A model generated the notes under the pieces. It did not search any database. It was given only the letters and a program-made list of their open reading frames with translations, and was not told the origin of the DNA. A DNA stretch of 64,000 nt from an uncultured OCS116 cluster bacterium (lineage in GTDB: Bacteria; Pseudomonadota; Alphaproteobacteria; Rhizobiales; TMED25). Both the position numbers and the translations under genes were made by a program. Below are positions 50,763-59,535 of this stretch, piece after piece. How positions within the stretch are numbered: the stretch's first letter is position 1; the number at the start of each line of letters is the position of its first letter. The stretch spans positions 1,110-65,109 of the forward strand of contig CACMIP010000003.1 of the NCBI GenBank assembly GCA_902613795.1, written 5' to 3'.

Positions 50763-51323
50763 TTATTCTTGTTTCATCTGGCGGGCTTTTGTAAGTATGC
50801 TGTTTTCTAGCTGTAAACGTGTATCCTCACTAGTTGAAATATTCACCCATTCACCGTTCAGATTTTGCTGCATAAATAAGGATACCCTGACAGCGTCAGC
50901 CCTAAGTCGGGTATCAAGTATATATATTGTGATTTTATACCTCTCATCAGGCTTATTTGGGTTGTTGTACCACTCAGTTGTTATGATACCACCATATGGA
51001 TCAGCCTCCTCAAGCGGCATGAATGAAATTGTATCCAGTGAAGCTCGCCATAATAGCGCGTTCACTCCAATTGTGGCCCCGCTGTCACGAACATCACCTT
51101 GAAAGAGCTTAAACCCATCCTGAATTTTTCCTGTCGGCCCACCATCATTTCTCGCTTTACGCTCGGCATATTTTTCACGAGATTTATCAGCGTCCAACCA
51201 ATCGGGCATATCAAAAGTGGTTGAACAGCCCGTTAGTGCAAAACATATGATGAGTAAAAGTATAGATTTTCTCATGATAGCCACTTTCATGTTTATTTTT
51301 TTTATATTAGAAGATTTATTCAT
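50763..51323 (-). CDS. lipoprotein, DUF3576-like
   Basis: Lipobox ALTGC. The real start is probably the internal Met at 51290 or 51275 ([17 protein letters not shown]). The family assignment is from memory of a conserved alphaproteobacterial lipoprotein next to leuS. Confidence 0.5.
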   Translation of the reverse strand: MNKSSNIKKINMKVAIMRKSILLLIICFALTGCSTTFDMPDWLDADKSREKYAERKARNDGGPTGKIQDGFKLFQGDVRDSGATIGVNALLWRASLDTISFMPLEEADPYGGIITTEWYNNPNKPDERYKITIYILDTRLRADAVRVSLFMQQNLNGEWVNISTSEDTRLQLENSILTKARQMKQE

Positions 51324-51534
51324 AAAAAAATATAAATATCAATCAATTGGCAGTAAAAATTAAGATTTTATTTATATCATCAAAAAAACATTTAATAAAC
51401 TATTAACAACTGTGACATATAAACAACATACCAGATTATAATTGATTTATAGGTCTCGTTAAATGTTGACTATTAAAATAGCTCAAATAGTATTAGTGAT
51501 GTAATATTAAATTTGTGATGCGATCGTTATTTAT

Positions 51535-52821
51535 ATGAAAAAAATCCCGTTTATATTGTCTGCCATTCTGATCGGTTGTTCTTCGTCCTACGCTGGTGAT
51601 GCGCCTAAAAACCTTGATGCAGGAGGCGTCACGCTTAATATAGGTGGGGAAATAATGCTCGAAGGAATTGCAATCGAAGGACGATGTATTAATCAAGCAA
51701 ATCCTGCTGACGTCTTTGCAAATGAACTGACAGATACCAACGCTGGGACAATAACCGCAGATTTAGAAAGTCTTGGTTTCGCAACTGGATCGACCCTTAC
51801 AGATGATGCAACATACACATTCGAGCCAAGTCCATGTGGTGCTAACGATGTGCATGAAACATTTCCAAAATTCGAATTCTCAAAAGAGCTTACGTTCGAT
51901 TTGAGCGCACAGCTATATAACGGCCTCGGCATTACCTTCAAAGATACATTAAATCTTGCTGACATTGATGATGAAGAAGATGATTTTGAGTTGTCATTGG
52001 GCGGGGCTTTTGGTTCTATTAAAATTCAAGACAAAACATCTGCTGTCGATAGTATGCTTGTGGGTACCTCGGGCTCAGGTGCGGATACAGCGATTACGGT
52101 AACATCAGATGGCCATGTAACAGCAACCTCTGGAAATGATGCGGGACTGGGCATAACATATTTCACACCATCATTTGGTGGGGTCGGGTTAGCATTTGGC
52201 TATAATCCAAATATAGATAGTAGTGGGCTCGACACGTCAGAATTTAGAGATACATATTCTGTTGGTTTTGGATATGAAACATTTATTGGTGATGTCGTAT
52301 TGTCGCTTGGCGGAGGGATAGAGAAGGCGGTCAGTGAGACAGACACCCCAGCAAATTGCTTGACAACAGATCTTTCTGCTGCAGAGAGTGCAACATCCTC
52401 AAGCGACTTTTTCGGTGGTCTATATGGTTCTAGCAGATGCGGCGATGAGACCTTATCTGCAATTGGCGCAGATATCGGATTTGGAGATTATACATTGTCA
52501 TCAGCATTTTCAAATCTTGACTCAACAGAAGGTAGTGATATGTCAGTCTGGTCATTTGGGATCGCCCGAACGATAAATCAAACAGATTACACAGTTGGCT
52601 ACACCCAAGAAACTCTCAGTTATGCTCGCGATAAAACTTCAGGTACTGCAGTTGAAGACCAATCGTCTATTTTGATGCTGGAAGCGAACAAACCTTTAGG
52701 AGAAGGGGTTGATCTTGGACTGAATATATCAAACACTGAGGTAGACAACGCTTCTGAAGAACTAGGCAACGGTCCGCAAGATGCCTGGAGAGCTGGTGTA
52801 TCAGTCACTCTTGGATTTTAA
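51535..52821 (+). CDS. outer-membrane beta-barrel porin, paralogue 1
   Basis: Signal peptide, acidic Gly/Ser/Thr/Asp-rich alternating pattern, and a C-terminal ...GVSVTLGF (terminal Phe OMP signature). Clear similarity to the next gene. Confidence 0.65.
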   Translation: MKKIPFILSAILIGCSSSYAGDAPKNLDAGGVTLNIGGEIMLEGIAIEGRCINQANPADVFANELTDTNAGTITADLESLGFATGSTLTDDATYTFEPSPCGANDVHETFPKFEFSKELTFDLSAQLYNGLGITFKDTLNLADIDDEEDDFELSLGGAFGSIKIQDKTSAVDSMLVGTSGSGADTAITVTSDGHVTATSGNDAGLGITYFTPSFGGVGLAFGYNPNIDSSGLDTSEFRDTYSVGFGYETFIGDVVLSLGGGIEKAVSETDTPANCLTTDLSAAESATSSSDFFGGLYGSSRCGDETLSAIGADIGFGDYTLSSAFSNLDSTEGSDMSVWSFGIARTINQTDYTVGYTQETLSYARDKTSGTAVEDQSSILMLEANKPLGEGVDLGLNISNTEVDNASEELGNGPQDAWRAGVSVTLGF

Positions 52822-52999
52822 TCTCCAAATAAATTTCCTATTTCAATTGTCACATAAAAAGATTAACCAGCATCTCTCTTTGGGGGAACCTATCGAACAA
52901 TTTATCTAGTCAAATGACTATAAAAATTAACAATTGATTAATTGCTGTTGTATTTATGTCACACCATAAAATAAAGTAAAAAAAATTCACTCTTCTTAC

Positions 53000-53027
53000 T
53001 TGATACCAAACGAAATACTGCTAAATT
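53000..53027 (+). promoter_or_regulatory. sigma-70-type promoter candidate for porin paralogue 2
   Basis: TTGATA (53000-53005), a 16-nt spacer, then TAAATT (53022-53027). It would place a 6-7 bp hairpin (53036-53055, TGCACG-gtgcta-CGTGCA) at the 5' end of the transcript. Confidence 0.3.
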
Positions 53028-53120
53028 GGTCACATGTGCACGGTGCTACGTGCATTGTGTACGTTATTTTATATAAAGTAACTTTTTTATTAACTTTTTT
53101 TTATTATGAAAGGAAATATC

Positions 53121-54362
53121 ATGGATAAAAAAATACTATTAGGTGGTGCAGCTGCTCTTATTATGGCAGGTAGCTTAGTTGCTACTCCAGCTTCTGCTTC
53201 CATCGAACTATCATTTGGCGGTGAAGCAAAGCTTACTGCTGGATTTAGTGAATGTGGTCCAGCTGCTGCTGCTGCTACAACCATAGAAGGGCTTTTAGAA
53301 GCTATTGATGGTGCTGCACTAGCTGACGAACAAGCTGTTATCGATAGAGTTGCTGCAATCAACACAACTGCTGCTGCACTAGGCGCTGGTGAGTTTGACT
53401 CTGCTGTATCACATGCTGCCGGCCCATGTAATGGCGCTGACAGATCAGGTGCAGATTGGGGCTTCTCCAAAGAAATCTCAATTGGTGCAGAAGGCACACT
53501 AGCTAACGGTCTATCAGTTGCATTCAGTGACACATTAGATCTAACAGACACAGCTGCAGAAACTGGCTCATTTGAACTAGTATTAGGCGGTGCATTTGGT
53601 GAGCTAAAATTTAAAGATGGTGCTCCATCAGCTGTTGACGCTGCAATGGTTACAGGTAAGAAAGACCATGACGTAAATGGTTCTGATCTTGGTAACCACG
53701 ATACAGAAACATCAGGTTCAGCTGGTATGGGTATCCTATGGAACGTACCATCAGTTGGTGATCTTGACCTATATGTAGGTTATGCTCCTAACTCAGGCAA
53801 TGCTGGTCTTGACACAGCTGCATATGAGAATACATTCTCAATTGGTGCAGTAATGGAAGTTGCTGGTATGTCAATCGGTGCTGGTTATGAAGCAGCTTCT
53901 GCTGAAACAGCAGGCGCATGTGCTGAAGTAGTTGCCGGTGACCTAGTAGCAGGTACAGCTGCAGCTCTAACTGATCACATTTATGGTGGTGACTATTGTG
54001 GTGATCAAACATTAATGTATGTTGGTGCTCAAATGTCAGCAGGTGACATCGGTATCGATGTGAGTTATTCACACCTAGACACAGACGAAGCTGACAAAAC
54101 AGTTATGAACATTGGTGCTTCAACAACAGTAAGCGACTATGACGTTTCAATTGACTACAGAACAACTGAAAAAGAATATGAACTTACTGGAATTGCAGAC
54201 GAACAAGATGTAATTGCTGTAGGTCTTGGAACAGCTCTTGGTGATGGTGTAGATCTAGGTCTATCATTCTCAACAAGTGATGTTACACTACAATCTGAAA
54301 AAGCAGGAGCAGGCGATACTGACTTCTACTTTGCAGAAGCAAGTCTAACAGTTGGTTTCTAA
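53121..54362 (+). CDS. outer-membrane beta-barrel porin, paralogue 2 (probable major porin)
   Basis: Start chosen at 53121 (MDKKILLGGAAALIMAGSLVATPASA|S) because AGGAA lies 5-6 nt upstream. C-terminal ...EASLTVGF. Strongly biased codon usage (GCT/GGT/GCA/CTA) and a strong terminator follows. Confidence 0.7.
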   Translation: MDKKILLGGAAALIMAGSLVATPASASIELSFGGEAKLTAGFSECGPAAAAATTIEGLLEAIDGAALADEQAVIDRVAAINTTAAALGAGEFDSAVSHAAGPCNGADRSGADWGFSKEISIGAEGTLANGLSVAFSDTLDLTDTAAETGSFELVLGGAFGELKFKDGAPSAVDAAMVTGKKDHDVNGSDLGNHDTETSGSAGMGILWNVPSVGDLDLYVGYAPNSGNAGLDTAAYENTFSIGAVMEVAGMSIGAGYEAASAETAGACAEVVAGDLVAGTAAALTDHIYGGDYCGDQTLMYVGAQMSAGDIGIDVSYSHLDTDEADKTVMNIGASTTVSDYDVSIDYRTTEKEYELTGIADEQDVIAVGLGTALGDGVDLGLSFSTSDVTLQSEKAGAGDTDFYFAEASLTVGF

Positions 54363-54390
54363 TATTAATTAGAAATACACTTTTATAAAG

Positions 54391-54418
54391 AAGGGTGGTT
54401 TCGACCACCCTTTTTTTT
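54391..54418 (+). terminator. rho-independent terminator after porin paralogue 2
   Basis: GGGTGGT-TTCG-ACCACCC: a 7-bp GC-rich stem with a TTCG tetraloop (54393-54410), followed by T8 (54411-54418). Confidence 0.9.
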
Positions 54419-54452
54419 GTAAAAATATCCGGTTTATAATATTATTTACAGA

Positions 54453-55145
54453 ATGTACAACTCATCTAACTTATCCAGTAATGATATAATAAATAACTAT
54501 AAAGATGTATGTGAGCGCATAAAAGCTGCAGCTAAGAGCGTTAATCGAGATCCAGCTTCTATTAATTTAATCGTTGTTACAAAAACATTTAACTCATCAG
54601 CCTTCCTTCCATTGATTGAATTAGGCCACCGTAATTTTGGGGAAAATAAAGTACAAGAAGCCGAAAATAAATGGACACCCATAATGGAGGATGTGAAAGA
54701 TATACACCTTCATCTCATTGGGCATTTACAGACAAATAAAGTAAAAAAAGCAGTGGAACTTTTCCACACTATACATACTATTGACTCTAGTAAAAGAATA
54801 AGAGAGCTCACGAAGCATCTGCATCTGTCAACGGCTGTTTGCAGAAAATTTTTTCTAGAGTTAAATATGGCAGATGAACCCCAAAAAACAGGCTTAAGCC
54901 AAAATCAATTAGAAGATGTATGGCGTTTAATTGATGAACTTGGCATTTCTGGCTTTTCTGGGTTGATGTGTATTCCACCTTATGGGGAGGCGCCTTCACC
55001 ATATTTCGCTCTTTTAAAAAAAATTGCCGATAAATTCGATATGCAACATTTATCAATGGGAATGAGTTCAGATTTTGAAGAAGCTGTTCAATTTGGGGCA
55101 ACGCATGTTAGAGTTGGCAGTGAAATATTTGGGGTGCGCGCATGA
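54453..55145 (+). CDS. yggS: PLP-binding homeostasis protein YggS family
   Basis: 230 aa alanine-racemase-N-like fold (LIVVTKTF..., FGENKVQE, HLIGHLQTNK, LSMGMSSDFEEAV). Confidence 0.9.
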   Translation: MYNSSNLSSNDIINNYKDVCERIKAAAKSVNRDPASINLIVVTKTFNSSAFLPLIELGHRNFGENKVQEAENKWTPIMEDVKDIHLHLIGHLQTNKVKKAVELFHTIHTIDSSKRIRELTKHLHLSTAVCRKFFLELNMADEPQKTGLSQNQLEDVWRLIDELGISGFSGLMCIPPYGEAPSPYFALLKKIADKFDMQHLSMGMSSDFEEAVQFGATHVRVGSEIFGVRA

Positions 55146-55570
55146 TAGTGAGCGATATCATTAAAATTTTAAAAATTTCTCCATTATTTAAAATGCAAAC
55201 TGATAACCTATTAAATGCACTTGCTTTTACCGCAGAAAAGAAGCCATTCTCTACCGGGGATCTGATTATAAAATCGGATATGAAGAAGCCCCAATGTATC
55301 ATTATACTCGAGGGCAAAGCGTACATTCAACGAAAACAAAAACCTATCCAACTCTCTCCAGGGTCCTCTTTTGGAATGTTATCTCTAATTAATGGCCGAA
55401 GCTCAAATGATGCGCTTATCGCTGGGTCTGCTGGGATGGTCTTGATAATAGACTCTTCATTATTTGAAAAATTAACGTCTGAGTTTCCAGATTTTACAAT
55501 AAAATTAAAAAAACACCTCAAAGAAAATTTTGATAAGCAAGCCTCTGGTATGAGAAAATTATTCAATTAG
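55142..55570 (+). CDS. stand-alone cyclic-nucleotide-binding (CNB) domain protein
   Basis: 142 aa with the CNB beta-barrel pattern (FSTGDLIIKSD...IIILEGKAYI...FGMLSLINGRSSNDALIA). No HTH or other output domain. The start overlaps the yggS stop (ATGA). Confidence 0.65.
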   Translation: MIVSDIIKILKISPLFKMQTDNLLNALAFTAEKKPFSTGDLIIKSDMKKPQCIIILEGKAYIQRKQKPIQLSPGSSFGMLSLINGRSSNDALIAGSAGMVLIIDSSLFEKLTSEFPDFTIKLKKHLKENFDKQASGMRKLFN

Positions 55571-55619
55571 TTAAAAATAGTGCCTCAGATAAAATTATTA
55601 TTTAAATAAAGCATTTAAG

Positions 55620-56420
55620 CTATATTTCAAGAATAACGGGGACGTGATCCGAGGGTCGTTCAAAGTCTCTTGCCTCTGTGAAAATCTGATGATTTTTATA
55701 ATTATTTTTCAGGTTTTGGGAGCACCATATATGATCAAGCCGTCTTCCACGATTTGATTTTTTCCAATCACGATTACGGTAGCTCCACCAAGAATATACT
55801 TTGTCATCATCCCCAGCAAAATATCTCATGATGTCGCATAATTTATTGTCCCCAATGATATTATTGAGTGTATGACGTTCGATATTTGTATGGCTCACTA
55901 CGTTTACTAACTGTTTGTGCGACCAGACATCATTAATATGGGGGGCTATGTTCATGTCACCGACAAATACGTGGTATCTCTTATCAAGTATTTGATCTCG
56001 TATGTATAAATTCATTTCCTCTAAAAAATCTAGTTTGTGCTTAAATTTTTGATTTACTTCCGGATCAGGATCATCACCACCAGCAGGGACGTAGAAATTA
56101 TGGATGCATAATTTATTATCCAGATCTCTACAGGACATCTCTACAGAAATGTGGCGCGCGTCTGATTTATTACAAAAATCATGCTTAACCACATTTTTAA
56201 ATTGGATACGTGAGAGTATTGCAACACCATTATATGAGGGTTGTCCATGGAATACGACAAATTTAAATCCCAATTTTTGGATATCTTTTAGTGGGAATTT
56301 AGCATCTTCACATTTTGTCTCTTGTAGACAGATAATATCAGGATCAAGCTCTTTCACGATTGTCTTTAAATGAGCTAACCTTATGCGTACACTGTTAATA
56401 TTCCAAGTTAATATTTTCAA
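55620..56420 (-). CDS. xthA: exodeoxyribonuclease III
   Basis: MKILTWNINS...ICLQETK...GDMNIAP...SDHVPV EEP-family motifs. Confidence 0.93.
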   Translation of the reverse strand: MKILTWNINSVRIRLAHLKTIVKELDPDIICLQETKCEDAKFPLKDIQKLGFKFVVFHGQPSYNGVAILSRIQFKNVVKHDFCNKSDARHISVEMSCRDLDNKLCIHNFYVPAGGDDPDPEVNQKFKHKLDFLEEMNLYIRDQILDKRYHVFVGDMNIAPHINDVWSHKQLVNVVSHTNIERHTLNNIIGDNKLCDIMRYFAGDDDKVYSWWSYRNRDWKKSNRGRRLDHIWCSQNLKNNYKNHQIFTEARDFERPSDHVPVILEI

Positions 56421-56431
56421 AAAAAACCTAA

Positions 56432-57052
56432 TTATTTGTCCTTGACCAGAAAATAGTCATTATCTGCAATAACACCGTGAACCACGTTTGATAATTTAAC
56501 ATTGGTTTCAAGGCCTTGTGCATCAACGATGTACCATTCATGAAGCTCTAAGTTTGTATTTGACTCTGTTAGACCTTCTCTTATATGAAAATGAAGAGTA
56601 ATTTCGCCAATCTCTTCGTCTGTTAAACCTTCAATTGATAAAATGAGAAACTTTTCATAAATATCAATACCCAAAATTCTAGCGTCTTCAAGTAAATTAA
56701 CATTATTTTTGAATAATACATAATGAGGGGAGTATCTTATTGGGTAACGATCAACAGTATCGAGATCTCTATCAATAATGCCTAACCAAACATTATCAGA
56801 TACAACTAAAAGTGAGTCAGGATTGGTGTAATCAAATCGGAATCTACCGGGCCTTCTTATGTAGAATCTTCCTTCTGAAATTGTAGAGTCAGGATTTATT
56901 TGGATAAAATCACCCTCCATATGCTCAATATTATTAAGATATGCGTTCACAACATTTACAGCTTCAAGCTGAATAGGATCTAAAAAACTCGATTTAGAAG
57001 GAGTGGGTTGAACTAATATAAGGATTATTAATGTAAAAATTATTCTGAACAT
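56432..57052 (-). CDS. lolA: outer-membrane lipoprotein carrier LolA-like protein
   Basis: Signal peptide and the LolA-like pattern (GDFIQI...EGRFYIRRPGRFRFDY). Lies in the conserved position downstream of ftsK. Confidence 0.75.
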   Translation of the reverse strand: MFRIIFTLIILILVQPTPSKSSFLDPIQLEAVNVVNAYLNNIEHMEGDFIQINPDSTISEGRFYIRRPGRFRFDYTNPDSLLVVSDNVWLGIIDRDLDTVDRYPIRYSPHYVLFKNNVNLLEDARILGIDIYEKFLILSIEGLTDEEIGEITLHFHIREGLTESNTNLELHEWYIVDAQGLETNVKLSNVVHGVIADNDYFLVKDK

Positions 57053-57086
57053 TTAACTACTTGCCGATTATATACGATATTTAGTG

Positions 57087-59534
57087 TTAAATATTGTCAA
57101 AATTTTGTTCATTCAACAGTATTTCTCTGCGTCCATAGCTGTCGGGCTCAGAGATTATGCCATCATTTTCCATTTTTTCTATAATATTTGCGGCTTTGTT
57201 GTAGCCAATACCAAGCCTTCTTTGAACGTAACTTGTTGAGGCTTTCTTACCGCTAATAATTACTTCTATGGCTTTTTGAAATAATTGCGGATCTATATTA
57301 TTATATTCATTTGGATCTTTATTTTCTTCTTCAGGTTCTTGTAGGATTTCATCGATGAAGTCAGGGGTAGCTTGCTTCTTAAGATAATTAACAATATCAG
57401 CCACTTCTTGATCATCAACAAAAGCACCATGTATTCTAGTCGTTCTATTACCATCCGCGACGTAAAGCATGTCACCTTTTCCAAGAAGTTGTTCTGCGCC
57501 TCCTTCACCTAAAACGACGCGACTATCAATTTTCGAACTAACTTTAAAACTAACCCTCGCCGGAAAGTTGGCTTTGATAACACCGCTTATGACATCTGTG
57601 GAGGGTCTTTGCGTTGCCATAATGAGATGAATACCAGCAGATCGTGCCATGGCTCCAAGCCTTGCCACAGAATACTCGATTTCTTTTCCAGCAACAGCCA
57701 TTAGATCTGCCATTTCATCAACAACCACTACTATAAATGGCATTTTCTTTAATGTAATTTCTTCATTATGGTAATTTGGTTTACCAGTTTTTTCATCAAA
57801 ACCAATCCTAACCTTCGTCTTTATAGTTCCGCCTTCTCTTTCAATTTTTTTGTTATACCCCTCTAAATCCCTTACTCCAATTTTTGACATATTCTTATAT
57901 CTTTTCTCCATTTCTTTAACAATCCACTTCAGTGCGACAACAGCTTTCTTTGGTTCTGTTACAACTGGCGTGAGAAGATGGGGAATTCCCTCATAAAGAG
58001 AAAGTTCGAGCATTTTAGGATCTATCATTATAAGCTTGCAATCCTCCGGTGAATACTTGAATAGTAAGGATAGGATCATCGTGTTAATACCAACAGATTT
58101 ACCGGAGCCAGTTGTGCCAGCTATTAACAGATGGGGCATTGATGCTAAATCAACCACAACAGTCTTCCCTCCAATATTTTTCCCAAGAGCAATTGCAAGC
58201 TTGTATGATGATTTTTCAAATTCATCTGATTGTACAAGGTCGCTCAAATATACAGTGCTTCTCTTAGCAATGGGAAGCTCGATACCAATTTTATTTTGTC
58301 CTGGAATAATTGCAACTCTTGCGGACTCGGCAGACATAGACATTGCAATATCTTCTGCTAAACCAACTACACGTGTTGATTTGGTTCCGAGGGATGGCTC
58401 TAATTCAAAGAGTGTTACAACAGGGCCTGGCTTGATGTCCGTAATATCTCCATTCACTTTGTAATTTAGTAGGACATTGGATAATTTTTGAGATATTCCT
58501 TCAAGTTCTTCTTGGTTTATTGTCTTTTCATAATTTCTCTCAGGATTTATTTTTAAAAGACTGACTGACGGCAAAGAAAATTCATTCTGCTGAAATAGAT
58601 CCAAATTTTCCTTTTTATTATTGATTCTTGATGATTTCTTATAAGATTTTTTTGGTTTCGCAGAAACGTTTAGGTCAATGTTAGACTCAATACTCTCACC
58701 AATGATAATACTCTCATCTCCATTTCGATTATCATGACTGTCCCTGATATCTTCAAAGCTTGTTTCTTCGTATTCTCTATACTGCAATAGTGATTTCAGG
58801 CGTAATAAGATTCCAACAAACATTTTAAGAACGATTTTGAGAACTAATACCAAAGGATTAGCTTTGCTTAGGGAGATCTGTTGATGCATCTGATCAGACT
58901 CTAGCAACTTTATATTTCTTTTCCTCTTCATCCCCAATACCAATCTATTAAGAAAGAAGGTCACCATGATTATTAGTACTGAAATAATGAAGATGAACTG
59001 TTTAGAATTTCTGTCCGAGATAGTTTCAAAATTGCCTATAATAATTTCTCTTATTAAAAGTGAGAGAGAGTCACCAAGCATTCCACCCGCGCCGACCAGA
59101 TAGGACCAGTTAATAGTCGATTTAAAGAAATTACTATCAGTAATACCAATATTTGACAGTAGCATTATCCAGGCCAAGAAGTATATCGGATATTTTATAT
59201 ATCTTGGGATGCCGATTATTCTTTTTGATTGCATTATCATATCAAAACTAATCATTAGCATGATCGAAATAAGAATAAATGAGCCAAGACCTATAAATTG
59301 TAACATCAAATCTGATATTATTGCCCCTGAAGCACCAAAGATGTTACTTATCGTATTTGAATTATAATTATTCAAACTCGGATCGAATGGTGTCCAAGAA
59401 ATTAAAGAAGTTATCAAATAAATTGCAAGAGAGAATAATAACAAACCAAAAAGCCTTTTTACTTGCTTTCTCATGAACAATCTAAAGCCTGATGGTAAAA
59501 CGCTCTCAATAAAATTTAAACTCGATAACTTCAT
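57087..59534 (-). CDS. ftsK: DNA translocase FtsK
   Basis: N-terminal multi-TM region, a linker, a motor domain with Walker A LIAGTTGSGKSVGIN and Walker B VVVVDEMADL, and a C-terminal gamma winged helix. Confidence 0.96.
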   Translation of the reverse strand: MKLSSLNFIESVLPSGFRLFMRKQVKRLFGLLLFSLAIYLITSLISWTPFDPSLNNYNSNTISNIFGASGAIISDLMLQFIGLGSFILISIMLMISFDMIMQSKRIIGIPRYIKYPIYFLAWIMLLSNIGITDSNFFKSTINWSYLVGAGGMLGDSLSLLIREIIIGNFETISDRNSKQFIFIISVLIIMVTFFLNRLVLGMKRKRNIKLLESDQMHQQISLSKANPLVLVLKIVLKMFVGILLRLKSLLQYREYEETSFEDIRDSHDNRNGDESIIIGESIESNIDLNVSAKPKKSYKKSSRINNKKENLDLFQQNEFSLPSVSLLKINPERNYEKTINQEELEGISQKLSNVLLNYKVNGDITDIKPGPVVTLFELEPSLGTKSTRVVGLAEDIAMSMSAESARVAIIPGQNKIGIELPIAKRSTVYLSDLVQSDEFEKSSYKLAIALGKNIGGKTVVVDLASMPHLLIAGTTGSGKSVGINTMILSLLFKYSPEDCKLIMIDPKMLELSLYEGIPHLLTPVVTEPKKAVVALKWIVKEMEKRYKNMSKIGVRDLEGYNKKIEREGGTIKTKVRIGFDEKTGKPNYHNEEITLKKMPFIVVVVDEMADLMAVAGKEIEYSVARLGAMARSAGIHLIMATQRPSTDVISGVIKANFPARVSFKVSSKIDSRVVLGEGGAEQLLGKGDMLYVADGNRTTRIHGAFVDDQEVADIVNYLKKQATPDFIDEILQEPEEENKDPNEYNNIDPQLFQKAIEVIISGKKASTSYVQRRLGIGYNKAANIIEKMENDGIISEPDSYGRREILLNEQNFDNI

Positions 59535-59535
59535 T

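Noticed and set aside
53090-53551. 153-aa minus-strand ORF overlapping the start of porin paralogue 2
   Set aside because: It is an antisense shadow of a gene with a strongly repetitive GCT/GCA/GGT codon bias. The translation is low-complexity Ala/Ser/Pro, and the plus-strand frame has a signal peptide, a paralogue and an OMP C-terminus.
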